Origin: Marsupella aquatica
Taxonomy: Eukaryota > Plantae > Marchantiophyta
Assembly (NCBI GenBank): GCA_973895155.1
Contig: OZ316894.1
Span: 6,534,234-6,598,233, forward strand
DNA length: 64,000 bases
Direction of reading: 5' to 3'
This document shows, piece after piece, positions 24,061-40,696 of the stretch. Both the position numbers and the translations under genes were made by a program. Positions within the stretch are counted from its first letter, which is position 1; the number at the start of each line of letters is the position of its first letter. Under the pieces are notes generated by a model. That model was not told the DNA's origin, made no database searches, and saw nothing but the letters and a program-made list of their open reading frames with translations.

Positions 24061-25826
24061 TGTGCCCGCGCCCCGGGTGCCCGAATTTGCTCGCTCCCTC
24101 CGTCGGTCCCTCGTCAACGAATTCAGCTCGTGGCAAACGGTGACAATTGGCAATTCCAATTCTGGTTTCTCTCAATTCAGCGAAGCAGAGACGAGAGAGG
24201 ATCAGGATCCTGATCGAACTGTTGGACAGGTCGCAGAACACAAGTGGCTGTTTCAAGGAGAGGGAAGAAAACTGATGTTTGCATTTCAGTCTTTGCTTTG
24301 AAGTTACGTTTGTCCCGTCACCGCCCTCCATCGGGCTGCATGGAACCGTGACCACGTGCTGACTGTTGAAGTTCCCCTCCCCGGCCGTCGGCGCGTATGC
24401 AACCGTGACCGTGTGAACAATAATGGTATGGAAGTTTCCGTCGTCGACGGTAGGCCGTTTGCGACGGTGCCAACTCATATAGTCCCTTTTTTTGTTCCCT
24501 TGTTTTTTATGGACGTATCTGCTTGGTGTACCCTTAAACCAAACTTTTCTCTCCTAACCCAACCCCATGAGATTTTGGGTAAGGTATCTATCTTGTCTCA
24601 ATTAATCCCATCAAATAACACTCTTCATTTTGGATGCTCAACAAGCATACATCTCCTCTTTTTTGACATTTTTAAAATTTTTAAGGAGTACTTTGCATGT
24701 AAAAAGTAGAACCCAGTTAAAAATAGAAGTAAAACGGTCACAACATATGTTGTTGTTGGGCAAATATTGTACGATACAATGTCACAAGGAACCTGTGTAC
24801 AACATACGGTCAACATGGACATAAAGATAAATGGTTCACCCTATCTAGGCTATGTCCACCGCAGTGAGATGGAATCACTATACACAACACAGTGTATCTG
24901 CCATAGCGTGGTAAGCTCGCAAGCATTGAAGGAAACAATCTTGCTGACAACCAGCTTTTGCACCATTGGGTCCCATAACTGCCCTTTCGTAGCCAATACT
25001 AATTAAACTACCCATGTGCATGTATAGTTCCCGGAAATTCTAGAAGACAAGCCAGTCTATTACTAGAATTACGTCCTAACTTGGAGACTGTTAGATGGAA
25101 CATACATATACCTCAAAGTTTACACCATGATCTTGTTTACAAGGCCATGGTTTCCCTCCAATAAAACACTGATAACATGATCCCATTCAACAACACCTGC
25201 TCACATATCCGTCAAGAAATCTCAATCTGAGCAATGCATGACCCGTTTTATTCAGTAATTGAAAATACACAATCAAAAAATTGTCAAATGCCAGATCACA
25301 TATTTCTTGATCCACCATAGCTTGGCAATCAAAATTGCAAGCACCTGTATGAGCTTTCCTCTCCTCCCTCTCTCTCCAATCTCCAACTCCTGAAGGCTAG
25401 TCTCTAGTATGAAATTTTGAAGCTGCTATATGGTGAATCCAACTCTCATGTTTTGTCTTATTCATGTTTGTGTATCATGAATTTTTATTTGAATGTACCT
25501 TAACAAGGGGCATCCTTTGTATCACATAGACTTTTAATTCATTTTTGGACCCCTTTAAATTTTTGGTATTCTATAGTGTTTAGAATTTATTTTGGCAGCC
25601 CCCTTAATTTGTATAATTTGTAAACTTTGTTAAGTCCTAGAGAGAAACTAAGGGCTTCATTTTCTAATGCTTTTAAGTATACTTATGAGTGAGAGGAATG
25701 ATTCTAAGAAATGTCAGCACATCTTGTCTTAAGCTCCCCTTGTGGCTTTCTTTCCTAAGTTTATGGTTTTTATTGAATAAAAGTCATTAATAAGACACAC
25801 TGAAATACGTGCACAATTCGTAGGAT

Positions 25827-26008
25827 CTTTGTGTAATAAAATTGTACTTTCCATTGGTCACTATGTGCTTTTATTGCATGTGTTTTATTTATATTATTTG
25901 ATTTCATTGTGCACAACTCGTAGCAACTTTGTGTAATAAAATTGTACTTTCCATTGGTCACTATGTGCTTTTATTGCATGTACTTTATTTATATTATTTG
26001 ATTTCATT
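25827..26008. repeat. Near-identical direct repeats of about 81 bp at 100-bp spacing
   Basis: CTTTGTGTAATAAAATTGTACTTTCCATTGGTCACTATGTGCTTTTATTGCATGT..TTTATTTATATTATTTGATTTCATT occurs twice. Confidence 0.9.
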
Positions 26009-27463
26009 CATATTTAATATGTATTCTAGTCTTACTCTTTAATTTTGTCCACTTAATATCACTACAGGACAAAAAGTAAAGCATGTTCCAGGATGAGCAT
26101 GCTATATGAGCACACTGAAGTGCTCCTCCAGGGTTATACCCCCTCTCTACTAGTCTAATGTCAGCAACCCTTACCCATAGTTAAATTGCACCCTAGCTAG
26201 TTATCCTAACTAGGCACTAGAGTTAGATACCAACACATTTGGTCAAGGACCAAAGTCAATGAGAGGCCAAAACACATTCAGCCCCCATTACAAGAGTAAA
26301 AATGGGAACAAACCAAAACAAAGAACCACAAATCTAAGGGCCAACTCAGTCCAAAAATCAATGAGAGGAGCAATGGGCGTTGGTTAGTTGGCCAGGGGAT
26401 TAACCGAGAATAGAGAGGACCCACGTTCAATTCTCTCTCCACATGAAAGGGTTGTGGAGGGTATGTGTGTGTGTTGGTGGAGTGTAGTGGTGGGACTCCT
26501 AGTTTCTCCTCAGCCCCTAGTTGGTCCACTTTGGGGCTTTCGTTTCAACCCTCTCAAATCTCATTGGATTCCTAGGTATAACCCCCTTGTGGCTACCCTA
26601 TATCCTCTCTTGGATGGGTCAACTTTTGGTTTCAAATCATAAAGAAGAAGCTGATGCTGTCAAGAAGTTAATGCTCAGAGGGACCACAACATTTCACCTC
26701 GGAACTCAGACACTCACCTTGGAACGTAGACATACTAAACACTTTTTGAAATCCAAAAACACTAGAATTAATACAAACAAAGATGCTTTCGTGAGTAAAG
26801 GGAATGTTTCAAAGTGGTACATCCTAGTTTCAATAATCCATCTGAGCATCTGATCAAACTTTTGCATTCTGTGGGAACCTCACTTTTGGGTTCTTTAGTC
26901 TGTTTCAAATCGTAAACACAGACTCTCGAATATCATCATTGTATAAGCATGTTCTGTTATACGGGGAAGCAGTACTTTACATTACTGTACATTACGGTTT
27001 CACAGTTCTCCGTATGACGGTAGCCCCACGGTAGCCTCCAATCCGGACCCCTCAACGGAAACAGCACAGCAAGACACCAGGCCCCAGCCGGGAAGAAGCA
27101 TCCCGTGCGGTGCAGCCAGCCGGAATGTTCCACCGGCTTTCGAGTCGTTCCACAGCGCGTGTAAAGACCACAAGGACCTACCAGTACACCTTACTCCGGT
27201 ACTACCCGTCACAGTGCTCCTACGCCTCTCCCTTCCGGTCACGTCCCGTCCTCTCCTCCCGCCCTCCCGTAGCTGCTGGCGTGAGAGAGGGCCTCCCTCC
27301 CCGTCCCTCCTGTCCCTAGAATGCCCGTCGTTGAACGCTCGAACGGCGAACGCCTCGTCGGGGAATCATCATCATTCATATTCATTCTTTCAGCGCCGCA
27401 CTCCACAAGAAAGACAAGACTAGGACCACGAGCCTACGAGACGCGACTGCCGTCGACTCGTAG

Positions 27464-27496
27464 AGAGGAGGAGGAGAGGAGGAGGAGGAGGAGGAG
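27464..27496 (+). repeat. GAG microsatellite upstream of the Rab gene (a GA-rich tract also lies at 27927-27960)
   Basis: (GAG)n run read directly from the sequence. Confidence 0.85.
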
Positions 27497-28013
27497 TAGC
27501 TCTGAAGAGATTTGCAGTACTAGCGCATCGATACTACTCAGCGCAGGAAAGTGAGCGAAGTAAGAGGAGGAAGAAGTGCGGCCTTCCTGGCCAGTAGTCA
27601 ATCCCGCAATCCCGTAATCTGGCGAAGCCGATTGACCTAACGTTCTTCTGCCCTTCGTCGTCCGAGCAGAGTAGAGCTTTTGTTAGTGTTACGGACAACA
27701 GCAGGCAGGGCGGTGCACTTCTCCGCTGTTGACGACAACGCAGATCGGTCGGTAGACGCTATCGGACACTCCTAGGGCTCGGTTGTTGCTCTCTCGCGGA
27801 TCGGAGAATCGGGCAAGTTGAGGTTGCTCTCGGTTTCTTTCATCACGAGCGAGCGAGAGATCGAACTCGGTGGGTTTGGTGTGTCTAGGACAAAGTTTGG
27901 GAGAGGATTATCGAAGTTGTATCGGCAGAGAGAGAGGGGAGAAGGAGATAGAGAGAGAGATTGCCTCTTGGGGGTGGAAGACGTCGTGGTGAAGCGAAGG
28001 ATTTTAGAAAGAA

Positions 28014-28631
28014 ATGTCGATCAATCCGGAGTATGATTATCTCTTCAAGCTGCTCCTGATCGGGGACTCGGGCGTGGGGAAGTCATCGCTGCTGCTCCGG
28101 TTTGCCGACGACTCGTACCTGGAGACCTACATTAGCACGATCGGTGTGGATTTCAAGATCCGGACGGTGGAGCTCGACGGAAAGACGGTGAAGCTTCAGA
28201 TCTGGGACACGGCGGGGCAGGAGCGCTTCAGGACGATTACGAGCAGCTATTATCGGGGCGCACACGGAATCATCGTCGTGTACGACGTTACAGATCAGGA
28301 GAGCTTTAACAACGTGAAGCAATGGTTGAACGAAATTGATCGGTACGCGAGCGAGGACGTGAATAAGCTGATCGTTGGGAATAAGTCCGATCGCGCCAAC
28401 GACAAGGTGGTGGACGCGCAGACGGCCAAGGCCTTTGCGGACGAAGTAGGTATCCCCTTCCTTGAGACGAGTGCGAAAAGCGCGATCAATGTTGAGCAGG
28501 CGTTTATGACCATGGCTGCGGAAATCAAGAGGAGGATGGCCAGCAAGCCGACCATGAACGCTGGAAAGCCCGCCACAGTGCGGATGAACGGCCAGCCTCT
28601 CGCGCAGAAGCAAGGATGTTGTTCCTCATGA
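28014..28631 (+). CDS. RABD: RabD/Rab1 (Ypt1) small GTPase, 205 aa, intronless CDS
   Basis: [66 protein letters not shown] and a C-terminal GCCSS prenylation motif. Confidence 0.97.
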   Translation: MSINPEYDYLFKLLLIGDSGVGKSSLLLRFADDSYLETYISTIGVDFKIRTVELDGKTVKLQIWDTAGQERFRTITSSYYRGAHGIIVVYDVTDQESFNNVKQWLNEIDRYASEDVNKLIVGNKSDRANDKVVDAQTAKAFADEVGIPFLETSAKSAINVEQAFMTMAAEIKRRMASKPTMNAGKPATVRMNGQPLAQKQGCCSS

Positions 28632-31600
28632 GGAGTTTCTTGATTGGATTAGTAGGTAGTGTTGTACATACGTCCAAGTTAGATTGGATTTATTGGGTTC
28701 AGGGTTATCAGCATGATCCGTGATGATGTTGCTGAGATGATGATAAGACAGACAGGTATGTTCTCGCAATTGATTCTAGTTCTAGGATAAAACATCGGAA
28801 GTGTTAGAGTTGATGGTGCTGTGTCTTTCTGGCTCGTGGAAAACACACTCTAGTTGTTCAGTTCAGGAGTTCGGTAAGGGACAGCGGTGTTCCTGAGATG
28901 GTGTGAACGCAAATGTGTTATTGAAATTGGCCCGGCCCAGTACGTTACATGAATATCAAAATGTTACGCAGGTGATCATACCATGTCTTGCTGGTGGTGG
29001 AAGATTAGAGTTGGTTTAGTAGTTGGAAGAGCTTACCAACCATAGATTGCCTCAAGTCCTAGGTTTAGACATTTGGCCTATACATCTATCAGCCGAGTAG
29101 AGCACTTCTGGAGGTAGAACGTTCTTAGAGTTGCGACATGGGTCAGCATATACATTATGGAATGTGGACCGGAAGAAGTTGCTGCTCTACACGGAACTTC
29201 TTCTAAATCATGGAATTATGGTCGTCATCCAATTTGAGGTCATTCATCTCCATTGTTGACACGAATTCAGCAACATTTGATGGCTAGCTAGCGTCACTAT
29301 AAGTCAATATAAGTGCGTCATGTATATACATTTTTTGAACTTGGGATCTCGATTGAACCCATTTTGTTCAGATGTTTGTTTTCATCGTTGATCAATTGCT
29401 CGTCGATGTTGTGCCTGTAAGATGACGAGGTTTCCAAAAGAGTACCTAAGCAGGTTTTCTCAGTGATTTGCGGTGCCCAGGCCCAACCGAGTCGTCAGCT
29501 CACGTTTATCCGGAACGTTGCTTTGGAATATCATTGAGCTGTTAGTGCCAAGCTGAGGTGATTGTGTTGTACGGTATTGCCGTGTGAGTTTGTGAACATA
29601 TTGTTTGGTTACCAGCAATTCTGCAGTTAAACAAACAGGATATGCTTATACTCTTCTTTGCCGGCAGAGTGAAAGGTCTGAATGGATGGAATCCGTGCTC
29701 GTACCACTGCCTTACTGCTTGGCTTGGTGTTTTCTTACCTTTTCCTTTCCTTGTGATGCAATTCGATACTTTTAGCGAGTTTGTCTGTAGCCTGGTCTGC
29801 TATGCAGTCGTCCGCAACCCTCCTTAATTTTGGTTGCAAGTATTAGCGCCATCTCGAGTCTCGACAGCAAATTTCACGCATCCCGCTTTGTTTTCCTTCC
29901 TCGTGTGAATCCGGTGTGTTCAACTTTGTTTCTTCGATAGTATTTTGTGCGGACAGTGGACAGCAGCATAACTCAGAAACGGGGTGTGTCGGACGTGGAA
30001 CAAACTGACACACAAGGTTAGGTATCCAATCTGTTCCTAGCATTGTACTGGCAGCCACTCGTGTTGAAGTACCTTCATGGCATGGCGTTTAACTAATGTC
30101 ATGGACAAATCCGTTACCCTACATTGAATTCAGCAAATTGTATGTATCGATGCGACTAAAAAAAAAGATGTAGAAACTCTGATCCTCTCAACTCTAGTGT
30201 ACAGAAACTTGTGGAAAGTCCACTGTAATTTCGAGACATCCTGGTCAGTTTGCGTTCATTTGAAATTTAGTACCTTTAACCCAGTTACGATTAGGAAACT
30301 TGAATGTAGCGCCGCTTTAAAAATCGGGAAATGTAAGGGTAAGTCAGCGCCCTTATGTTGCCAGATGGGTTTCTTGTGCAGTCTAGCAAGAGGTAGTGTT
30401 TGATTGTAGCTTCTATGATCTTTTTGCGATTGGCATTGGCAGTGGTCTCACCTAAACAAGTGAAGAAAAACCGTAGTCTCTGCTTATGAAAAACTTGGTA
30501 TACCTTGGACTCTAGAGAGCCTCGACTCATTGGTGGGCTGTGAATCTTCCTAAGAGGGAACTGAAAAATTATCTTGGAGCTCGAGGTTTTTGAGTTGCAA
30601 GTAGATATTCCATGCACGTCAGTGATTGCAGCTCTCGAAACCTATGAAAGTTAGAGGTCGTGTTTGCAACTGATAATGTTATGGACATAGTTGGAATAGA
30701 TGCCATCCACTCAGAATTTGCGGACTTATCCAGTTCATCCCTTGTCTAAGTCGAAACTGAAATGAGTTTCGTCATTTGTTGGCCACGGTGTGGTTTTCTT
30801 GGGAGTGCTTCCATCGGTGTTCGTTTTGGCTCTAGGCACATGTGGGACACGACAGTAACCGGTTCTGACATTCGACCCAAGGTGAGAAGTTATGTCCTTG
30901 AATACAGTGAATTGTCACATCATATGTTGACCATCGTGAAGAGTGAGGAGCCTGTCATCTCAATTGTTGACCATCGTGAAAGCGTGAGCTCGTGTTTTGC
31001 TGACCCACTGCAGGCCATTAAATAGCCATGCGTTTCGATTTGGAAGGGGTCTGGTCCAAATTCCCCTCCCTAAGGACCTCCTTAGTTCAAGACTGGGTTG
31101 GGGTGTGTCATGGGGCGGACTTTCATATGAAGCATGGAGTCTCATGCTAATTATGTTCATGTTGGACAAATTCCTGGTTGCCTGGTTCTATTCTTCATTC
31201 TCCTAAGAGGGCGCAGTTCGGAAGGTCCATTTCTTTGGTCCAGGTAATTGCACACAAAATATTACAATATATGGTAATATATGGTGTGTACAGCATCCCT
31301 CCCCAGTATATTGCCACATTTTATGTGCAATTATTTGGATTGCATTTGCATTTGTTCTGGGTTCCATTCAAAATATTACAATATACGGCCTAGAGCGTCA
31401 CTCCACCATTCATGACCACATTACCATTCATGACCACATTTTGATGTGCAATTACTGGGACACCATTTGTTCTGGGTTCCATTTTAGGACTTACCTTGGT
31501 TTGCATTTACTGGGAGCCATTTGTTCTGGTTTCCATTTTAGGACTCACCTGCAAATCAAGCCGCTGTTCTGTCCTTATGGATGGAAAATAAATTATGTGC

Positions 31601-32234
31601 CTTTGAAGACATTGAGCCGAGTCTGTGTATGCCTGTAAGGAATCTAATACTACCTAGTTTGCGACTCTACTCAAGCAAGACTGTTATATGCAAGTTACCA
31701 TAATTAATCAATAATGCTCTTTCAACACACTAAACCTAAAGTATACCATTTTGAGGTTTGGGGTCAGTGGTGGTTTAAATGCTGTAAGTGAGCTAACTTG
31801 GATTAATGAACAATTCTTTTAAAAACGACCATCCTCAAAATTTCATCACTCTTGTATCACTGCTTATCTGAGTTTTGGATTTATCAAATCCCTAATAATC
31901 CATTGCATTTTACTCAACATTTCACAAATTTTAGTAGTGGTCAGAGGAAGAAAGGCCCTCACCTTGAACATAACTCCTCTGAAAAGAACACATCACATGA
32001 GAAAATGAGATACAACCAGAGAAAGGAAAGAAGTAGTAATAAAGGAAAGGACAACCAGAGAAATCAAAGGAGAAGAATGGACAAGGATTAACTAGAGAAA
32101 GCAAAGGGGAGGAAAGGAATGAAAAATGCTACAACCATAGAAAGCAAAGGAGAAAAAGGAAGAGTATAACCAGAGGAATCAAAGACATGAAATGAAAGGG
32201 TTACTTCTCTTCACTAGCCAGTCAAGGACTAGAT

Positions 32235-33045
32235 AATTAGTTCGAGGACCCCTTGGTTATGTAAGCTTGTAAGTTTTATTGAACTATTTGGAGTCATGAA
32301 GAGTTGCACATGGAATTGATAGATGAGAGGACAAAGATTAAATGGAGTATTATAAATGAAGTGAATTTTAAAGGTAGTTGGGACAATTTCATTGAAGATA
32401 AATAGGATTACATGCATGATAAGTCCAAGGGTAATTCTCCATGCAAAAAGTTTCACTTAGTACCTCTATGTCTATACAATACATGTAGCATTCCATATAG
32501 TTCATGCAAAATATTAGTTAATTTGTCCATAGTAATTGACAGGTCTTAGAGTCCCTAGCTTGGTATTCACCTACCCACGGAGTTATGGTGTTTCTTACTT
32601 TGCTTGTTACTCTCCTATCCATAGTAGCCAAAATGTTTCTTAAGTCACCTTGTAAAATGTTAGAGAAGTCTTATGGGTTTCTTGTGTTACCTTGGTAAAT
32701 GTTAAAATAGTTGAAGACTTTCTTCGTACTTGTCATTATTTCAAAAATGTTTTAAATAAATAGAAAATTTAAATAGATTACTAGAAATTGATATATCAAT
32801 CATAACTCATCAAAATATTGTTTTCTTTTACCTTTATTTTACCATTTTCTTTGTTTATTTGAAATGTTACTTTTTTGTTTTCCATTGTTAAATTTTTACA
32901 TTTATAGGATCTAACTGTTTTTGTTTGCATTTGTCTCAAACACAAAATAATAGTTAAGTGTGGTTCCTCTTGTACAACTAATAGTTCTTGTTTGTGACAA
33001 ATCAAGTTGATATGGTTACACACATCCAAGTAAATTCACATGGGG
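32235..33045. repeat. Dispersed copy of the right arm of the 4041-6878 element (homologous to about 6102-6875)
   Basis: Collinear similarity runs from TTTTATTGAACTATTTG…CATGAAGAGTTGCACA through TTCTTGTTTGT.ACAAATCA and ends in a decayed TIR (…CATGGGG). Confidence 0.85.
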
Positions 33046-33452
33046 GTAAGTAAATACATGTTATATTTTAAGGGGGGTACTGATGCCCTTGTCAGTCTTC
33101 AGGATATGTTATATAGCCCATGTCGGCAAATATTGGTGCTTCAGACATACAAGATTGATAGCTGCGTTGTCACCTTTACCACTAACATCATTCTACACCT
33201 TTGTAATTTTTTTCCAATGAAACTACCCGCAAGCAAGCTCTGCACTATCTACCATTGGCTGATCATTGCTTGGTGGAACATTTCCAATTTCTGAAATATT
33301 ACAGGGTCAATTTAAATGCAGCATATTTGAGTTTGTCACACTGGATAATAAAAAATGCAGCCAGTGAGACACCATTAACAATTTGTACATAAACATTGAA
33401 TGGTCAAACAGTAATGAAAGGTAGAGTTGCATTTAAGAACCTTTGCACGCCA

Positions 33453-33534
33453 AACAAATTCCTGATTTGTTTTTTGAATCAGTTCTCTAGTTTCTAACAA
33501 ATTCCTGATTTGTTTTTGAATCAGTTTTCTAGTT
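33453..33534. repeat. Tandem duplication, unit of about 42 bp
   Basis: AACAAATTCCTGATTTGTTTTT(T)GAATCAGTT.TCTAGTTT occurs twice. Confidence 0.85.
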
Positions 33535-35730
33535 TATTCGTTTTACAGGAAACTGCCTAGATCACGGTCGTTGTATGCTTGTGTCCAATTTTATATAATT
33601 CTTCCTGCTGCCACAAGAAGACAAACCCAACCAAAACACATTTACGGACGAATTTATAGACTGGAGCAGAACTCAGGGACAAGATATATATAGAAATGGA
33701 CTATAAGTTGGATAAGAATGCATTGCAGGATGGGTACCATCATTACAATTACAAACTGGTAATTGGATCAAATTCCGTTGCAAGAGGGGGACCTGACAGG
33801 GATTGAATTTGACCACCTTGCTGACCACCAGGCCCACTTAGTGCCTGTTGGATTTGAATGCTTCAATTAGAAAGAAAGGTCTCAAACACAACCAAAAGAT
33901 GTTTTCTGCGTCCAAACAGAATTAGTGTTCCAAGGACATATTTTCCGCTAAAGTAAGAAATTTATTAATGGTTATTATGTTAAAACATGGAAATCAGCAA
34001 TTGAACAAGCAAGAAAGGTGATAATGGAGAGGTGCCCAACCAAGGTGAGATTAGGTGAGATCAGGTGAGATTGTCTTAGTACCACTGCTCAATGGGATGC
34101 CTTCTATAGAAATGGCAGAAAGATAGGAAAGGGAAACGGGCATACACAATCAAACCAACTGAGAGAATTTGCACAAGACCAGAAAAATTATCCAAATGGA
34201 CCAGGACCAAGGTCTATAAATGAACTGTTCGGTTACATAGCAGTAACAATTAGTGGCCATGGCCTTCCAATTGAACCATCCTATAGGAAGTTCAAAACCG
34301 CAATCCTAAGATTAATAAGAATCCCCAACCACAGATGAATTTGTTGTCAATGAGTTCTCTATCTACTTCGGAATCATTTCAATTCCTATCGTGACAGTCC
34401 ATCGGGAAATAAAATTCTAGAACACGAGATTCTCCTAGCAAAGATCTGTTTTCTTGATAGAATGTAACACCTTCGACTTAGCTTTGGCTGCTCTCTTCTA
34501 GCAACACAAAATTAGAAAGTTTCGACAATTGTATCTAATCATGACTGGAACTCGTCCATTTTCCTTAGCTTCGTCTCGTTCTTCAAAATTGTCACTAGAC
34601 AGTAGTGAAACACCTTCAATCAATCTATTTTCGTGAAACTTTTGCGACTTAACATTGGACCTGGTTCACCACAACCTCACCTCATTTAAAAACAAGCTCT
34701 GGCTTCAGTCGGACTTTCCTAGGATAGTTAAGGAATTCTTCCCTTTCTGTGACATTTGATGTCCAGAAAGTAGGTGGTCCTTGGCTTCTGTAGAAGGACC
34801 ACAGCATTGACTGACCACCGTTGATAGATGTTGGCGACGTCTTCTAGATGCAATAGAATCAACAGAGGGCGAATTGACTCGGGATCTTACAATTTAGGGG
34901 CCTTACCAGTTCAGACCGACAAACTAAAATGGGCACTACACTGAGATATATCTCTAAGATCTAGTAGATGAAGTATCGCGGACCAACGGATGGACTCTAC
35001 AGGGAAGCTTTTCAAGCCGATCATAAGAAATTTGATCATTACAATTGTAAAACATGCAGGGGAGCCCTTCAGTCAGTAGACCTTGACAAGTATACAAGAC
35101 ACCCACCCAAGACGTGTAGTGCCTTTCAAACCGGGCACACTTTGATGTTCAGGTCAAGCGAGACCTTAGTAAGGCAGGGGGCTTGGGACGAAATGAACGA
35201 GAGTGCAGACTATATAAAGCTTTTCAATTTCCATGTGAACCTTGCAAACGCTTGTAACCAAATTGGATGAAGTGCAGAAGCCTTCTAATATTGGACTGTC
35301 AGCGGGAAAGACCTTGTTCACAGATCTAATTCAAGGCAAACATGTGATTTGAGATGTTATGTGCTATTTCCACTCAAATGTTCACCGTGCTAAAGAATCT
35401 ATTACAGCATTCCCTAGATTAGACACAAAGGAAGACGAGGTGAAATGAAAGAAACAAACGGGTCTACCTTGCATCACACACTTTAAACTGCTTTCAAGGA
35501 ATACGTACCCTTGAGAAATGAGGTCAAACCATCGGTTTCTTTTCCGGAACAAGCGATATAAGCTTTCACAAGAACAGAATTCAAAATTGCATTCATTCAA
35601 CGTACACAAATTCTATGGCTTCTAGAATTTTGCAAATCTTACCACTCAAAGCAGCGAGTTGTCTGGCGACCAAGCTCAGAAAAAGCGCATCACAAGCCTG
35701 TGCAAGCACAAAACCACACACAATACGGGA

Positions 35731-35851
35731 TGGCACGCTCCCTACGCAGGAATTATCCTGTTCAGGTGCGAAGGGACTCTCTCAGCCTGCTCTGGTGAAC
35801 AGTACTAGCGAATGAGCTGGCACTGCCTCAGAACAAGCACCCCCGGTGCCA
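35731..35851 (-). promoter_or_regulatory. TPP riboswitch aptamer in the THIC 3' UTR
   Basis: The minus strand reads TGGCAC CGGGGG TGCTTG…(P3)…CAGG CTGAGA GAGTCCCTTCGCACCTGAACAGGATAATTCCTGCGTAGGGAGC GTGCCA. It has the conserved CTGAGA and ACCTGA motifs, P5 CAGGA/TCCTG with a TAAT loop, and P1 TGGCAC/GTGCCA, about 425 nt after the THIC stop. Confidence 0.96.
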
Positions 35852-36275
35852 AGTCTCGTTAGCCACATTCAGATGATACATTATTAACTTCCATTTATTG
35901 CAAACCGTAAAGGTATGACTCCGGTCTACAAGATCAGGCAGAAACAAGTAAACCTATCTAACCATCTGACTCTGATTTTGCAGTAAGAGTGGTTACGCAT
36001 CTCTCCATCTACAGATTGATGACGAGCAGCCCATCCACATGAAGAGCCTGCAGGATGACTCTACCGAATAAACTCTTCTTTTTAGCCCCCTCACCACTAC
36101 GACATGCCATTGCCATCTGATAATACCACCTGCAAATAAAACATATGTGTGCAAATCAAGCATCCGTCAGAAACATTTCAAAAACAAATATTCGAATGAG
36201 ATCTTACAGGTTAAGCAATAGGCTCGCCTTTACAAACAGAGGAGGGCTCAAGAGATGATATGCAGACCTCATTAA

Positions 36276-39196
<2,921 letters not shown>

Positions 39197-40454
39197 AACT
39201 TTAAAATTTCCCGAGCTAAAGCAGAGTGATCTCCCAGAAAAGCTTGCTGTCCGTCTGAGGATGGAAAGCTCGGATTGCTGCTTTACTGCTCTCACTGCTT
39301 TATGTGTAAAGAGCTCAACTCGAAGATGCACTTTCGTTCCTCGACTTCCTCTTTCTCGAGCTAATCGGACGGTGGAGGCGCGGTGCTATCCTCCGATCTC
39401 GTTTCATCCATTGCTTCCCTGTATTTAAGGTGAACCACACGATGTGTCCTCATTGAAGAGTAAAATACCAATAAAATATCAACTTTCTGCATTTTTATAA
39501 GGAGACAGAATAAACTGCCTGAAACAGCGGTAACAAGGTCCAAGAATGTTCTGTCGGAAGGATCGAGCTCTTGATGGACCCCACTAAAGCTTTTGGGCAA
39601 GCTCAGAGTTATCCAAAGCCTCCACTGCAGACAAATTCCTCGCTTTACTATGCTGCTTTTCAGTTTGTTGCTGACTAGGGAATGCCTGTTAAGCGGTTCA
39701 GTTTTTTTTGTGCACATTTGTTACCAGATAAATTGGCTTGCGAATGAATGCAAAGAGATTTACACTGTCATAACGTGTTGGTGCAAAATGAGGCTTCTCA
39801 CCTCCCCATAAGTGCCACCTCCCCAGAATAGAAAAGGAAACCCTGCTGTGGACCCCCCTCTGTCTTCCATATATAGCATTTCCCTGCCAAGCACCTGAAA
39901 TGAGTAGACACATTTAGCTGGTTGCAAATTCTCATGAGGAGTGAATCAGGACACCCAAGATCCTTGAAATAAACCCATGAAAACGCCCAGGACAAACTAT
40001 CCTCGGTCACAAAGTGCTACCTCATAGTCATTTAATGATGTGCTTAGATGCTTGCTCATCTACTGAAGAGTCCAATGCCATTCTGTGAAACCATATAAAG
40101 TGGATGATGCAATGTGTGTTTATTATGTCCTGAACCCTAAATGCAACAATCTTTTGTGGATCGATCCCTTTTAATGGATCAATTTCTGTTAATGATGTCC
40201 TTTGCTCCACAACATTTTTTACATATCAACTTCATTTTAGGAAAGATATTTCTTGCATAACAACAACTTTTGCATTACGACATCCTTTCCATAATGTCAT
40301 CATTTTTACAACTTTACACAACATCTTTTACACAACATCTTTTGGGTGATAATTTCTTTTATGCAATGACATCTTGTGTGCAACACATACATATTCAGCT
40401 AGTACAAAGGAAAAATCAGTTGATAAAAATGGGTCAGGCCAGCCCTTTTTTGTG

Positions 40455-40696
40455 GGCAAAAATTAGCCAATCACTTACCTAAACACAAGCAGGCTAATGA
40501 TACTCTGACTGAAATATGAAAATTTCTGTTTCATTCACAACCACCTAATGCACTAGGGGGGAGTCTTACCCAGGAAATACCATACAGTAGTAAAAAAGGA
40601 CTGTATAATTGAAGGAAAATACTCCATAACCAGACCTGTGCTTGCCTGTAGGGTAAAATAGTAACCACCTTGGCTAATGTTTAAAAACAAGAAAAA
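40455..40696. repeat. Dispersed repeat, copy 2 (copy 1 at about 2712-2937)
   Basis: Same shared blocks and same orientation as copy 1. Confidence 0.8.

Noticed and set aside
23864-24709. Several overlapping ORFs of 100-200 aa at the FIS1 5' end
   Set aside because: These arise from GC-rich promoter and 5' UTR sequence. Only 23980-24060 has Fis1 similarity.
26060-26076. CACTACAGGACAAAAAG, resembling a CACTA terminus
   Set aside because: I found no matching inverted partner or 3-bp TSD.
28083-28613. Antisense ORFs over the Rab gene (similar ones lie over THIC and the 55-59 kb ORF)
   Set aside because: They are shadow frames of GC-rich coding sequence.
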